Shown here: one piece after another, positions 27,100-35,228 of the stretch | Layout of the letters: the number at the start of each line of letters is the position of its first letter | Position numbering within the stretch: position 1 is the stretch's first letter | Assembly (NCBI GenBank): GCA_046339595.1 | Contig: JBKDUF010000046.1 | Location: 1,717-65,716, forward strand | Direction of reading: 5' to 3' | Origin: Betaproteobacteria bacterium | Lineage (GTDB): Bacteria > Pseudomonadota > Gammaproteobacteria > Burkholderiales > SG8-41 | Length of the DNA: 64,000 nt | Program-made: the position numbers and the translations under genes | The notes under the pieces: model-generated | Databases searched by the model: none | What the model was told of the DNA's origin: nothing | The model's input: only the letters and a program-made list of their open reading frames with translations

Positions 27100-27975
27100 T
27101 CAGTACACCAGTCCGGCCGCAGCATCCCGGGGCAGGTCTTTCTCGGCTTCACCCAATTGCTCGTAGAACGACTCGATGTAGGCCCTGAAGGTCGTGTCGT
27201 GGCGCTGCATCTCGATTTCGCCGAAATCGACCTGCGGCCGCGGCTGCAGATCAAAGTGGTGGTGTTCGTCGCGGCCGCGGATCAGCGTCGCCGGCATTCG
27301 CCGCTTGCCGATGTAGCGGGTACGCGTCGGGATGTAGCTGAAGGCAATGCCGACGCGGCGCTCGAGCGAGCGGTTGGGGCCGGACTGATGCACCACGCAG
27401 GTGTGGTGCAGCGAGAACTGCCCCGGCTTCAGGGTCGCGCGCTCGATCTGCGACTGGTCGAACCACTCGACGATGATCTGGCCGGCGGTATTCACGCTGT
27501 TCTTGATCAGGCCGCTCTTCTGCTGCAGCTGACCTCGGATGTGGCTGCCGACCGCGAACTCGAGCGCGCCGGTCTCCTCGTTGGCATTGCACAGCGCCAC
27601 CCAGGCGGTGACGTGGTCGAAGGGACGCAGCCCGAAATAGGTCGAGTCCTGGTGCCAGGCCGCGATGCCTTCGCTGTGCGGCTCCTTGATAAAAAAGCGG
27701 CTGGTGTAGAGCAGGATGTCCGGACCGAGCAGGTCCTCCACGGCATCGACGATGGCCGGCGTGCGCGCCAGTTCGTCCATCCAGCGGCACAGCACATGCA
27801 GGTTGCCGCGGTACTTCTTGTCGATCGCCATCAGCGATCCACCGAGGTGCTTCTCGGCCACGCGCAGCCCCTCCAGGTAACGCGCGACATCGGCTTCAAA
27901 CAGCGCATCCACGGGATAGACAAAACCGTCCGCCCGGTAATCGCGTTGCTGCTGCGCGCTCAGTTTTTTCGGCAT
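27100..27975 (-). CDS. phytanoyl-CoA dioxygenase (PhyH) family Fe(II)/2-oxoglutarate oxygenase
   Basis: Trimmed to ATG 27975 (SD GAGGAGGAG). MPKKLSAQQQRDYRADGFVYP N-terminus and the HxD motif IAAWHQDSTYF. Confidence 0.85.
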   Translation of the reverse strand: MPKKLSAQQQRDYRADGFVYPVDALFEADVARYLEGLRVAEKHLGGSLMAIDKKYRGNLHVLCRWMDELARTPAIVDAVEDLLGPDILLYTSRFFIKEPHSEGIAAWHQDSTYFGLRPFDHVTAWVALCNANEETGALEFAVGSHIRGQLQQKSGLIKNSVNTAGQIIVEWFDQSQIERATLKPGQFSLHHTCVVHQSGPNRSLERRVGIAFSYIPTRTRYIGKRRMPATLIRGRDEHHHFDLQPRPQVDFGEIEMQRHDTTFRAYIESFYEQLGEAEKDLPRDAAAGLVY

Positions 27976-28185
27976 GACTCCTCCTCGATGCGGCACCGGC
28001 ATGGCGCAGGCCAGCGTTTGTTTATATGTACTGTTCCTACGCACTGTTCGCACCGCCACGATGCGGTCGCAGTCTTTCTGCGCATGAGGACCATGCTAGT
28101 ATAGTTGGCGAAAAACCAGCAAGCGCTGCATTCCATGGGAACAGCTGTTTCCACGGCGCCATTGCCCTCCCATCCGGTACATGCC

Positions 28186-29043
28186 ATGGCCATCGATTAC
28201 CAGAAACTGCTGAACTACGACATTCCACAAGTTGAACAGACGCTGACCCGGCGCGACACCATCCTCTATGCCCTCGGTGTCGGCCTCGGCGCCGACCCGA
28301 CCGACCTCCAGCAACTGCAGTTCGTCTACGAGGAAAACCTGAAGGCGCTGCCGACGATGGCCATCATCCTTGGCTATCCCGGCCCCTGGCATGCCGCAGC
28401 GGACACCGGTGTCACGCGCAGCCATGTCGTCCACGGCGAGCAGGGTTTCGTCATCCACAAGCCGCTGCCGGTCGAAGGCGCGATCAGCGGCAAGACCCGG
28501 GTTGTTGCGGTGCTCGACAAGGGCAAGGACAAGGGCGCGTTGCTGCTCACCGCCTGCGACGTCCGCGACAAGGCCACGAACGACCTGATCTGCACCCTGA
28601 CCTCGACCACGTTCTGCCGTGCTGACGGCGGCTTCGGCGGTCCCTCGGGTCCGGTCACGCCGCCGCACCCGATTCCGGAAACGCCGGCGCAGTTCATCTG
28701 CGACCTGCCGACGCTGCCGCAGGCCGCACTGATCTACCGTCTCTCCGGCGACTACAACCCGCTGCACGCCGATCCGGCCTACGCCGCGAAGGCCGGCTTC
28801 AAGGCCCCGATCCTGCACGGCCGCGCCACCTTCAGTGTGGTCGGACATGCGCTGCTGAAAACGGTCTGTGGCTACGATCCGCTGCGACTGAAAAGCACGT
28901 CCGGCCGCTTCTCCTCGCCGGTGTATCCGGGCGAAACCATCCGCACCGAGATCTGGGTGGACGGCAAGGTCATCACCTTCCGCGCCACCGTGCCGGCGCG
29001 CGGCGTCACCGTGCTCAACAACGGTCGCGCTGAAATCGCATAA
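28186..29043 (+). CDS. MaoC-like double-hotdog (R)-specific enoyl-CoA hydratase
   Basis: Trimmed to ATG 28186 (MAIDYQKLLNY). YRLSGDYNPLHADPAYAAKAGFKAPILHG hydratase-2 motif in the C-terminal hotdog. Confidence 0.85.
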   Translation: MAIDYQKLLNYDIPQVEQTLTRRDTILYALGVGLGADPTDLQQLQFVYEENLKALPTMAIILGYPGPWHAAADTGVTRSHVVHGEQGFVIHKPLPVEGAISGKTRVVAVLDKGKDKGALLLTACDVRDKATNDLICTLTSTTFCRADGGFGGPSGPVTPPHPIPETPAQFICDLPTLPQAALIYRLSGDYNPLHADPAYAAKAGFKAPILHGRATFSVVGHALLKTVCGYDPLRLKSTSGRFSSPVYPGETIRTEIWVDGKVITFRATVPARGVTVLNNGRAEIA

Positions 29044-29084
29044 ATAATCGTTTAAAATCAATTACTTAATTACTGAAGGGCGCC

Positions 29085-30005
29085 ATGGCTGACAACATGA
29101 TGAAAGGCAAGGTGGTGGTGGTGACCGGTGCGGGCCGCGGTATCGGTGCGGCGATCGCGAAAATGGCCGCCGCCGAAGGTGCGAAGGTCATCGTCAACGA
29201 CATCGGCGTGTCCCTCGACGGCGCCGGCGGCGACCAGACCCCGGCGCAGGAAGTCGTCAACGAGATCAGGAAGGCCGGCGGCGATGCCGCACCGAGTTAC
29301 GACAGCGTGGCCGAATTCAGCAGCGCCGCAAAAATCATCCAGTGTGCGATTGACCACTTCGGCCGCATCGACGGCGTCGTCAACAACGCCGGCATCCTGC
29401 GCGACGTGATCTTCCACAAGATGAGCGAGCAGGACTGGGATGCCGTGGTCAACGTGATGCTGAAGGGCGCCTTCAACATGTCTCGCCACGCCGCAGACCA
29501 TTTCCGCAAGCAGGAATCCGGCGCCTTCGTGCACATGACCTCGACCTCGGGCCTGATCGGCGGCATGGGCCAGGTCAACTACGGTGCAGCCAAGCTCGGC
29601 ATGGTCGCGCTGTCGAAAGCCATCGCCGTGGACATGTCGCGTTTCAACGTGCGCTCGAACTGCATCGCACCGGTGGCCTGGACACGAATGACCGCGTCCA
29701 TCCCGGCGAAGGATCCCGCGACCGCCGCGCGCATCGAGCAGCGCAAGCAGGTCACCCCCGAACACAACGCGCCGCTCGCGGTGTACCTGCTCAGCGATGC
29801 CGCGAAGGGCGTCAACGCCCAGATCTTCGCCACGCGCAAGAACGAGATTTTCCTGATGAGCCAGTCGCGGCCGCTGCGCAGCATCCACCGCGCCGACGGC
29901 TGGACGCCGATGCGCTGCTCGGAGCACATGTATCCGGCGCTGAAGAGCGGCTTCTACTCCCCCACTGAGCGCACTGCAGACGTATTCGCCTGGGATTCGA
30001 TCTGA
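29085..30005 (+). CDS. SDR-family 3-hydroxyacyl-CoA dehydrogenase (MFE-2 dehydrogenase-domain-like)
   Basis: 306 aa. GKVVVVTGAGRGIGAAIA, NNAGILRD and the YGAAK catalytic pair (NYGAAKLG). Confidence 0.88.
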   Translation: MADNMMKGKVVVVTGAGRGIGAAIAKMAAAEGAKVIVNDIGVSLDGAGGDQTPAQEVVNEIRKAGGDAAPSYDSVAEFSSAAKIIQCAIDHFGRIDGVVNNAGILRDVIFHKMSEQDWDAVVNVMLKGAFNMSRHAADHFRKQESGAFVHMTSTSGLIGGMGQVNYGAAKLGMVALSKAIAVDMSRFNVRSNCIAPVAWTRMTASIPAKDPATAARIEQRKQVTPEHNAPLAVYLLSDAAKGVNAQIFATRKNEIFLMSQSRPLRSIHRADGWTPMRCSEHMYPALKSGFYSPTERTADVFAWDSI

Positions 30006-30056
30006 GACCGCCGACAACACCAGATCACTGACAAGAGCCAATACGGCCGTCCCGAT

Positions 30057-31325
30057 TTGAACGCGGCAACCGGCAGCAGGGACTTTGGCTGGTTGCTGTG
30101 GCTGTGCGCGAGCCGCACCAGCTTCACGCTGATCTTCACCGCCTATGCCGCGGCGATCCCGCTGCTGAAACCGGAATGGGGCATGAGCGCGGGCGAGGCC
30201 GGGCTGATCCAGTCGGCCTGGCATTTCGGCTACCTGTTCTCGCTGGTCGCAGTCGGCTTCCTCGCCGACCGTTACGGTGCCAAACGGGTATTCATCGTCT
30301 CCAGCGTTGCCGCCAGCACCAGCGCGATGGTGTTCGCGCTGTTCGCGGAGAGCTTCCTCACCGGCGCGATCCTCTACGGCCTCACCGGCTTGTTCTCCGG
30401 CGGCTCGTATACCCCCGGACTGGCCCTGATCGCGGAGCGCTTCCAGCCGGCGCGGCGCGGCCGCGCGATGGGCTTCTACCTCGCCGCGGCCTCCGCCGGC
30501 TACGCGCTGGCGCTGGTGCTCACCGGCGCGCTCACGCCGCTGATCGGCTGGCGCGGCGCCTTCATCGTCAACGCGGCTGGCCCGCTGCTCGGCACCCTGC
30601 TCGCCCTGGTGGCGCTGCGCGACACGCCCAATGTCGTGCATCCTCGCACCACTGGTGAAGCAGCCGAAAAACCGGTCGGCGTCATCCTCGGCAACCGGCC
30701 CGCGATGCTGGTGACCTGGGCTTACACCTTCCATTCCTGGGAAATGCTCGGCATGAAGGCCTGGATGCCGGCCTTTCTGTCGGCGGCCGCCGCCTACTCC
30801 ACCGGCAGCAGCGCCACCGCGGCAGCGAGCCTCGGCGCCGGGCTCGCCGCGGTCGCCTATGTCGGTAGCATGGGCGGCAGCGTGTTCGGCGGCTGGCTCT
30901 CCGACCGCATGGGCCGCACCTGGACCATGATGGTACTGGCCACCATCAGCGCGGCGTGCTCGCTGGCGCTGGGCTGGCTGATCGACCTGCCACTGTGGCT
31001 GCTGGTGGCGATCTGCGCCTTCTACAGCTTCGCCGCAGTGGGTGACTCCTCGGTCTACTCCACCGCCGTCACCGAACTGGTGCCGCCGCGCCACATCGGC
31101 GCCGCCTACTCGGTGCGCTCGGTGCTCGGCTTCGGCGCTGGCGCCATTGCACCCTGGGTGTTCGGCCTGGTGCTTGATGCAGCCGGCGCGGCCGAAGCCT
31201 CGCCGCTGGTGACCTGGGGCCTCGCCTGGTGTTCACTGGGCGTGATCGCGCTGATGAGCCCCGTCGCCACCTGGCGACTGCGGCAAATGCCGGAAGCGCG
31301 ACAGATGGCCAACGGCAGGCGTTAA
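30057..31325 (+). CDS. MFS transporter
   Basis: 422-aa 12-TM-like protein. GFLADRYGAKRV (MFS loop 2-3 motif). The start (TTG 30057) is uncertain. Confidence 0.8.
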   Translation: MNAATGSRDFGWLLWLCASRTSFTLIFTAYAAAIPLLKPEWGMSAGEAGLIQSAWHFGYLFSLVAVGFLADRYGAKRVFIVSSVAASTSAMVFALFAESFLTGAILYGLTGLFSGGSYTPGLALIAERFQPARRGRAMGFYLAAASAGYALALVLTGALTPLIGWRGAFIVNAAGPLLGTLLALVALRDTPNVVHPRTTGEAAEKPVGVILGNRPAMLVTWAYTFHSWEMLGMKAWMPAFLSAAAAYSTGSSATAAASLGAGLAAVAYVGSMGGSVFGGWLSDRMGRTWTMMVLATISAACSLALGWLIDLPLWLLVAICAFYSFAAVGDSSVYSTAVTELVPPRHIGAAYSVRSVLGFGAGAIAPWVFGLVLDAAGAAEASPLVTWGLAWCSLGVIALMSPVATWRLRQMPEARQMANGRR

Positions 31326-31375
31326 ACTGCGGCTGCGCATACTCCGTTTGCCCTGGCCGTCCACCCTGAAAACAA

Positions 31376-32512
31376 ATGAAAATCACCAAAATCGAAGTAC
31401 ATATCCTGCGTGCCCCGGACGAGGACAAGCGCCCGTTCTGGGTCAGCAACTTCATTGTGCCCAAGGCCAACGAAATCCTGGTTCGCCTCTTTACCGATGA
31501 AGGCATCGAGGGCATCGGCATCGCCACCAGCTACACCCCGATCGAGGCCGCAATCAAGGCCTTCAGGAGCGGCATCGCTGACCAGATCATCGGCGAGGAC
31601 CCGCTGGCGCCGGAACACCTCCACCACAAGGTGTTCTGGCTGACCGCGCAGAAAATCGCCTCCGAGAAAGGCTGGACGCGCGAAGCCATCGTGCGCATCG
31701 CCGCCGCTGTGGACATCGCCTGCTGGGACATCATCGGCAAGGCGGCCAGGCTGCCGCTGTATCGCCTGTTTGGCGGCTTCCGCAATGTCATCCCCTGCTA
31801 TGTCACCTGCGCCTACTACCGCGACGGCAAGGACCTCGCCGAGATCAAGGACGAGATGCAGATGCTGAAGGCCCAGGGGCACCAGGGCTTCAAGGCCAAG
31901 GTCGGTGGTGCGCCGCTGAAGGAGGACATGAAACGCCTCGAACTGATCCGCGAGTTGATCGGCCCTGACAAGGACCTGATGATTGATGTCAACCGCGCCT
32001 GGGACCTGCCCACTGCAATCACCGCCGCACGCGAGATGCTGCCGCTCAATCCGCGCTGGCTGGAAGAGCCCGTGCGCTGGGCTGATGACCACCGCGAACT
32101 GATCAAGCTCGCGAAACAGACCAACATCCCACTGTCCGCCGGCGAAAGCGAACTCACTGCCTTCGGCTGCCGCGACCTCATCGAAGACGGCGCGATCCAG
32201 ATCCTGCAGTTCGACTGCACGATGATGGGCGGCTTCACCACCGGCCGCAAACTCGCGGCATTGTGCGAACTGAACCAGGTGCAGGTCGCCCCGCACCACG
32301 ACTGCTTCATCCACGCCCATATCGTCGCCGGCAGCCCTGCGGGCTGCATCGTCGAATCCTTCACCGATCCCGAACGCGACCCGCTGCAGGCCGAACTGTT
32401 CGAGGACCCGCCGAAGATCGACAACGGCATGCTCCATCTGAAAGAGCAGCCGGGGCTGGGGCTGACGCTGTCGGCTGCCGCACTGAGAAAGTTCGGCGAA
32501 AAGATTCTCTAG
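31376..32512 (+). CDS. enolase-superfamily enzyme (mandelate racemase/muconate lactonizing family)
   Basis: 378 aa. MKITKIEVHIL N-terminal capping domain, FKAKVG, LMIDVNRAW, WLEEP and SAGES metal-ligand regions. Confidence 0.88.
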   Translation: MKITKIEVHILRAPDEDKRPFWVSNFIVPKANEILVRLFTDEGIEGIGIATSYTPIEAAIKAFRSGIADQIIGEDPLAPEHLHHKVFWLTAQKIASEKGWTREAIVRIAAAVDIACWDIIGKAARLPLYRLFGGFRNVIPCYVTCAYYRDGKDLAEIKDEMQMLKAQGHQGFKAKVGGAPLKEDMKRLELIRELIGPDKDLMIDVNRAWDLPTAITAAREMLPLNPRWLEEPVRWADDHRELIKLAKQTNIPLSAGESELTAFGCRDLIEDGAIQILQFDCTMMGGFTTGRKLAALCELNQVQVAPHHDCFIHAHIVAGSPAGCIVESFTDPERDPLQAELFEDPPKIDNGMLHLKEQPGLGLTLSAAALRKFGEKIL

Positions 32513-32668
32513 CCTGCCTCAGCCTGCGGGGGTGCACGGGTATTTCCTGCCACAACTGCTGTTCGCACTGCGGACAGCACCGCTCTCCACAAAATGGAAG
32601 CGAACCATAGTGCTTGCAGCGTGCGGGTTACAATCATTTCCCCTCCAAAAACGCCCCGATTGCCGAAC

Positions 32669-33454
32669 ATGGCCCTGTCCGAACACTTCATCGTGATCCG
32701 CGGCGAAGTCCGCATTGCAGTGCATGCCGAGGGCCGCGGCCCGCGCGTGGTGATGATGCCCTCGCTCGGCCGTGGCGCCGCCGATTTTTTCGATATCGCC
32801 AAACGCCTTGCCGCCGCCGGCCTGCGCGCCGTATGCCCTGAGCCGCGCGGCCTCGGCGGCAGCTCGGGCCCGCTCACCGGCATCACGCTGCATGATTTCG
32901 CCGACGATATCGCGGCAGTGATCCGCCACGACGGCGGCGAGCCGACAGTGGTGGCGGGCCACGCCTTCGGCAACTTCGTCGCGCGCACCATGGGCGCCGA
33001 CCATCCGCAGCTGACCCGCGCCGTGGTACTGCTCGCCGCCACCCACACCTGGCCGCTGGCACCGGAACTGCGCGACTCGATCAACAAATGTCACCAGATG
33101 GATCTGCCCGAGGCGGTCCGCCTGAAGCACCTGCAGCATGTGTTTTTCGCGCCGGGCAACGATGCCCGCGTCTGGCTCGACGGCTGGGACGAAGAGGTCA
33201 TGCACGCCGAGCGCGACGCCACCGAGGCCACGCCGAAGCCGGAATGGTGGACCGCGGGCACGGCGCCGGTGCTCGATGTGCTGTCGCTGAAGGATCCGCT
33301 GTCGCCGCCGGACAGCATTTACACCTACCGCGACCAGTGGGGCGCCGACCGCGTGACCATCGCGCGCATCGACAACGCCGCTCACGCGCTGCTGCCCGAG
33401 CAGCCGGCGGCCGTGGCGCGGGCCATCATCGACTACGTGAAAACCCTGCCGTGA
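32669..33454 (+). CDS. alpha/beta-fold hydrolase
   Basis: Trimmed to ATG 32669 (MALSEHFIVIRGEVRIAVHAEG). Nucleophile-elbow-like VVAGHAFGN. Its stop overlaps the GST start (GTGA). Confidence 0.75.
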   Translation: MALSEHFIVIRGEVRIAVHAEGRGPRVVMMPSLGRGAADFFDIAKRLAAAGLRAVCPEPRGLGGSSGPLTGITLHDFADDIAAVIRHDGGEPTVVAGHAFGNFVARTMGADHPQLTRAVVLLAATHTWPLAPELRDSINKCHQMDLPEAVRLKHLQHVFFAPGNDARVWLDGWDEEVMHAERDATEATPKPEWWTAGTAPVLDVLSLKDPLSPPDSIYTYRDQWGADRVTIARIDNAAHALLPEQPAAVARAIIDYVKTLP

Positions 33455-34074
33455 AGCTCTACTGGTCGTCGCGATCGCCCTTCGTGCGCAAGGTGATGGT
33501 GTTCGCCCATGAATGCGGCCTCGCATCGCAGCTGAAGCTCGAGCGCACCCCGGTGGCGATGAACAATCCCAACCGCGGACTGCTCAAAACCAATCCCACT
33601 GGCAAGATCCCGACGCTGGAGCTTGATGATGGCAGCGTGTTGTACGACTCGACGGTGATCTGCGAATACCTCGACAGCGTTCAGCAGGGGCCGCGGCTGT
33701 TTCCGGCCGCGGGCCAGGCGCGCTGGACTGCGCTGCGCCGCCATGCCCTGGGCAACAACCTCACCGACAACCTGATGCTGTGGCGCAATGAACTGTTGCG
33801 CCCTGCCGCGCAGCAGTCGCCGGAAATACTCGCCGCCTTCGAGCTGAAAGTGCGCAATGCCCTCGACGTGCTCGAATCGGAAGCCGGGGCGCTGGCACGG
33901 GACGCACGTACCCAGTTGACGATTGGCCCTATCGCCATTGCGGTGGCGCTGAGTTATATCGATTTCCGTTTTGCCGCGCTCGGCTGGCGCGAAGGCCATG
34001 ACCAGCTCGCAAACTGGTATGCGGAATACTCGCAACGGCCGGCCATGCGCGAAACCGCTTTTGTCGATCAATAA
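33451..34074 (+). CDS. glutathione S-transferase
   Basis: GTG 33451 (VKLYWSSRSPFVRKV...). KIPTLELDDGSVLYDSTVICEYL is a GST N-terminal thioredoxin-fold motif. 207 aa. Confidence 0.82.
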   Translation: MKLYWSSRSPFVRKVMVFAHECGLASQLKLERTPVAMNNPNRGLLKTNPTGKIPTLELDDGSVLYDSTVICEYLDSVQQGPRLFPAAGQARWTALRRHALGNNLTDNLMLWRNELLRPAAQQSPEILAAFELKVRNALDVLESEAGALARDARTQLTIGPIAIAVALSYIDFRFAALGWREGHDQLANWYAEYSQRPAMRETAFVDQ

Positions 34075-34132
34075 ACCGGTCAGCAATACAGAATTAACCA
34101 AAACAAGCAGTACTGAGACTGAGGAGAACGCC

Positions 34133-35101
34133 TTGCATTGCAGAATCCTGCTTCCGCTGCTGCCCCTGCTGCTCGCCGCGCCTGCCGTGACCGCCTGGGC
34201 CCAGGCCTATCCCGTCAAACCGGTTCGCATCGTGGTACCCTTCCCGCCCGGCGGTCCGACCGACATCGTGACCCGGCTGATGGCGCCGAAAATGGCCGAA
34301 GCGATGGGCCAGCAGGTGATCGTGGACAACCGCGGCGGCGCCGGCGGCGCCATCGGTACCGAGCAGGTCGCCCGTTCCGCGCCCGACGGCTACACACTGG
34401 TGATGGGCACCATCGGCGGCCTTGCCGTGGCGAAAAGCCTCAACCCCAAAATCGGCTATGACACCCTGCGCGACCTCTCCCCCATCAGCCAGAGCGTGAC
34501 CGTGACCAGCGTTCTGGTCACCCACCCCTCAGTGCCGGCAAAAACCGTCAAAGACCTGCTCGCGCTGGCGAAGAACCGCAAGCACAAGCTCAATTACGCC
34601 TCCTCCGGCAACGGCACCATCACCCACCTCGCCGGCGAACTGTTCAAGCTCATGGGCAAGGTGGACATCACCCACGTCGCCTACAAGGGAGGCGCACCGG
34701 CGATGGTCGCGCTGATTTCGGGGGAAGTCGACCTGAGCTACGAGAACAGCCTGATCATCACGCCACACATCAAGTCGGGCAAGGTCAAGGCCATTGCCGT
34801 CACCGGTGCGAAACGGTCGCCGCTGCTGCCGGAACTGCCGACCATCGGCGAAACCCTGACCGGCTACAGCGCCAACGGCTGGTACGGCCTGCTCGCGCCC
34901 GCGGGTACGCCGCGGCCGATCATCACCCGACTGCACGCCGAGGCTGTAAAGGCGCTGCGCGCGCCGGATGTGGCCGACAAACTGGCCGGACAGGGCGCCG
35001 AGCCGGTGGCCAGCTCGCCGGAGGAATTCACCGCCTTCATCCGCAGCGAAACCGAAAAATGGGCGAACCTGGTGAAGGCCGCCAACATGCGCACGGATTG
35101 A
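34133..35101 (+). CDS. Bug/TctC-family substrate-binding protein
   Basis: TTG 34133 lies 5 nt after GAGGAGAA. Signal peptide ...AAPAVTAWAQA. Motifs YPVKPVRIVVPFPPGGPTDI and HVAYKGGAPAMVALISG. Confidence 0.88.
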   Translation: MHCRILLPLLPLLLAAPAVTAWAQAYPVKPVRIVVPFPPGGPTDIVTRLMAPKMAEAMGQQVIVDNRGGAGGAIGTEQVARSAPDGYTLVMGTIGGLAVAKSLNPKIGYDTLRDLSPISQSVTVTSVLVTHPSVPAKTVKDLLALAKNRKHKLNYASSGNGTITHLAGELFKLMGKVDITHVAYKGGAPAMVALISGEVDLSYENSLIITPHIKSGKVKAIAVTGAKRSPLLPELPTIGETLTGYSANGWYGLLAPAGTPRPIITRLHAEAVKALRAPDVADKLAGQGAEPVASSPEEFTAFIRSETEKWANLVKAANMRTD

Positions 35102-35110
35102 AGGACTTTT

Positions 35111-35206
35111 ATTTACAGGATGGACAGGATGTTCAGGATAAAAACCAAAATTCCTGATGCGATTGATTCCGCCTTTATCCTGCAAATCCTGCCCATCCTG
35201 TTAATT
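35111..35206. repeat. CAGGAT-array palindromic element, copy c
   Basis: Left arm: ATTTA-CAGGAT-gga-CAGGAT-gtt-CAGGAT-AAAAACC. Right arm: CTTT-ATCCTG-caa-ATCCTG-ccc-ATCCTG-TTAATT. Confidence 0.85.
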
Positions 35207-35228
35207 GCCTTTTGATTTGATTGAATCC

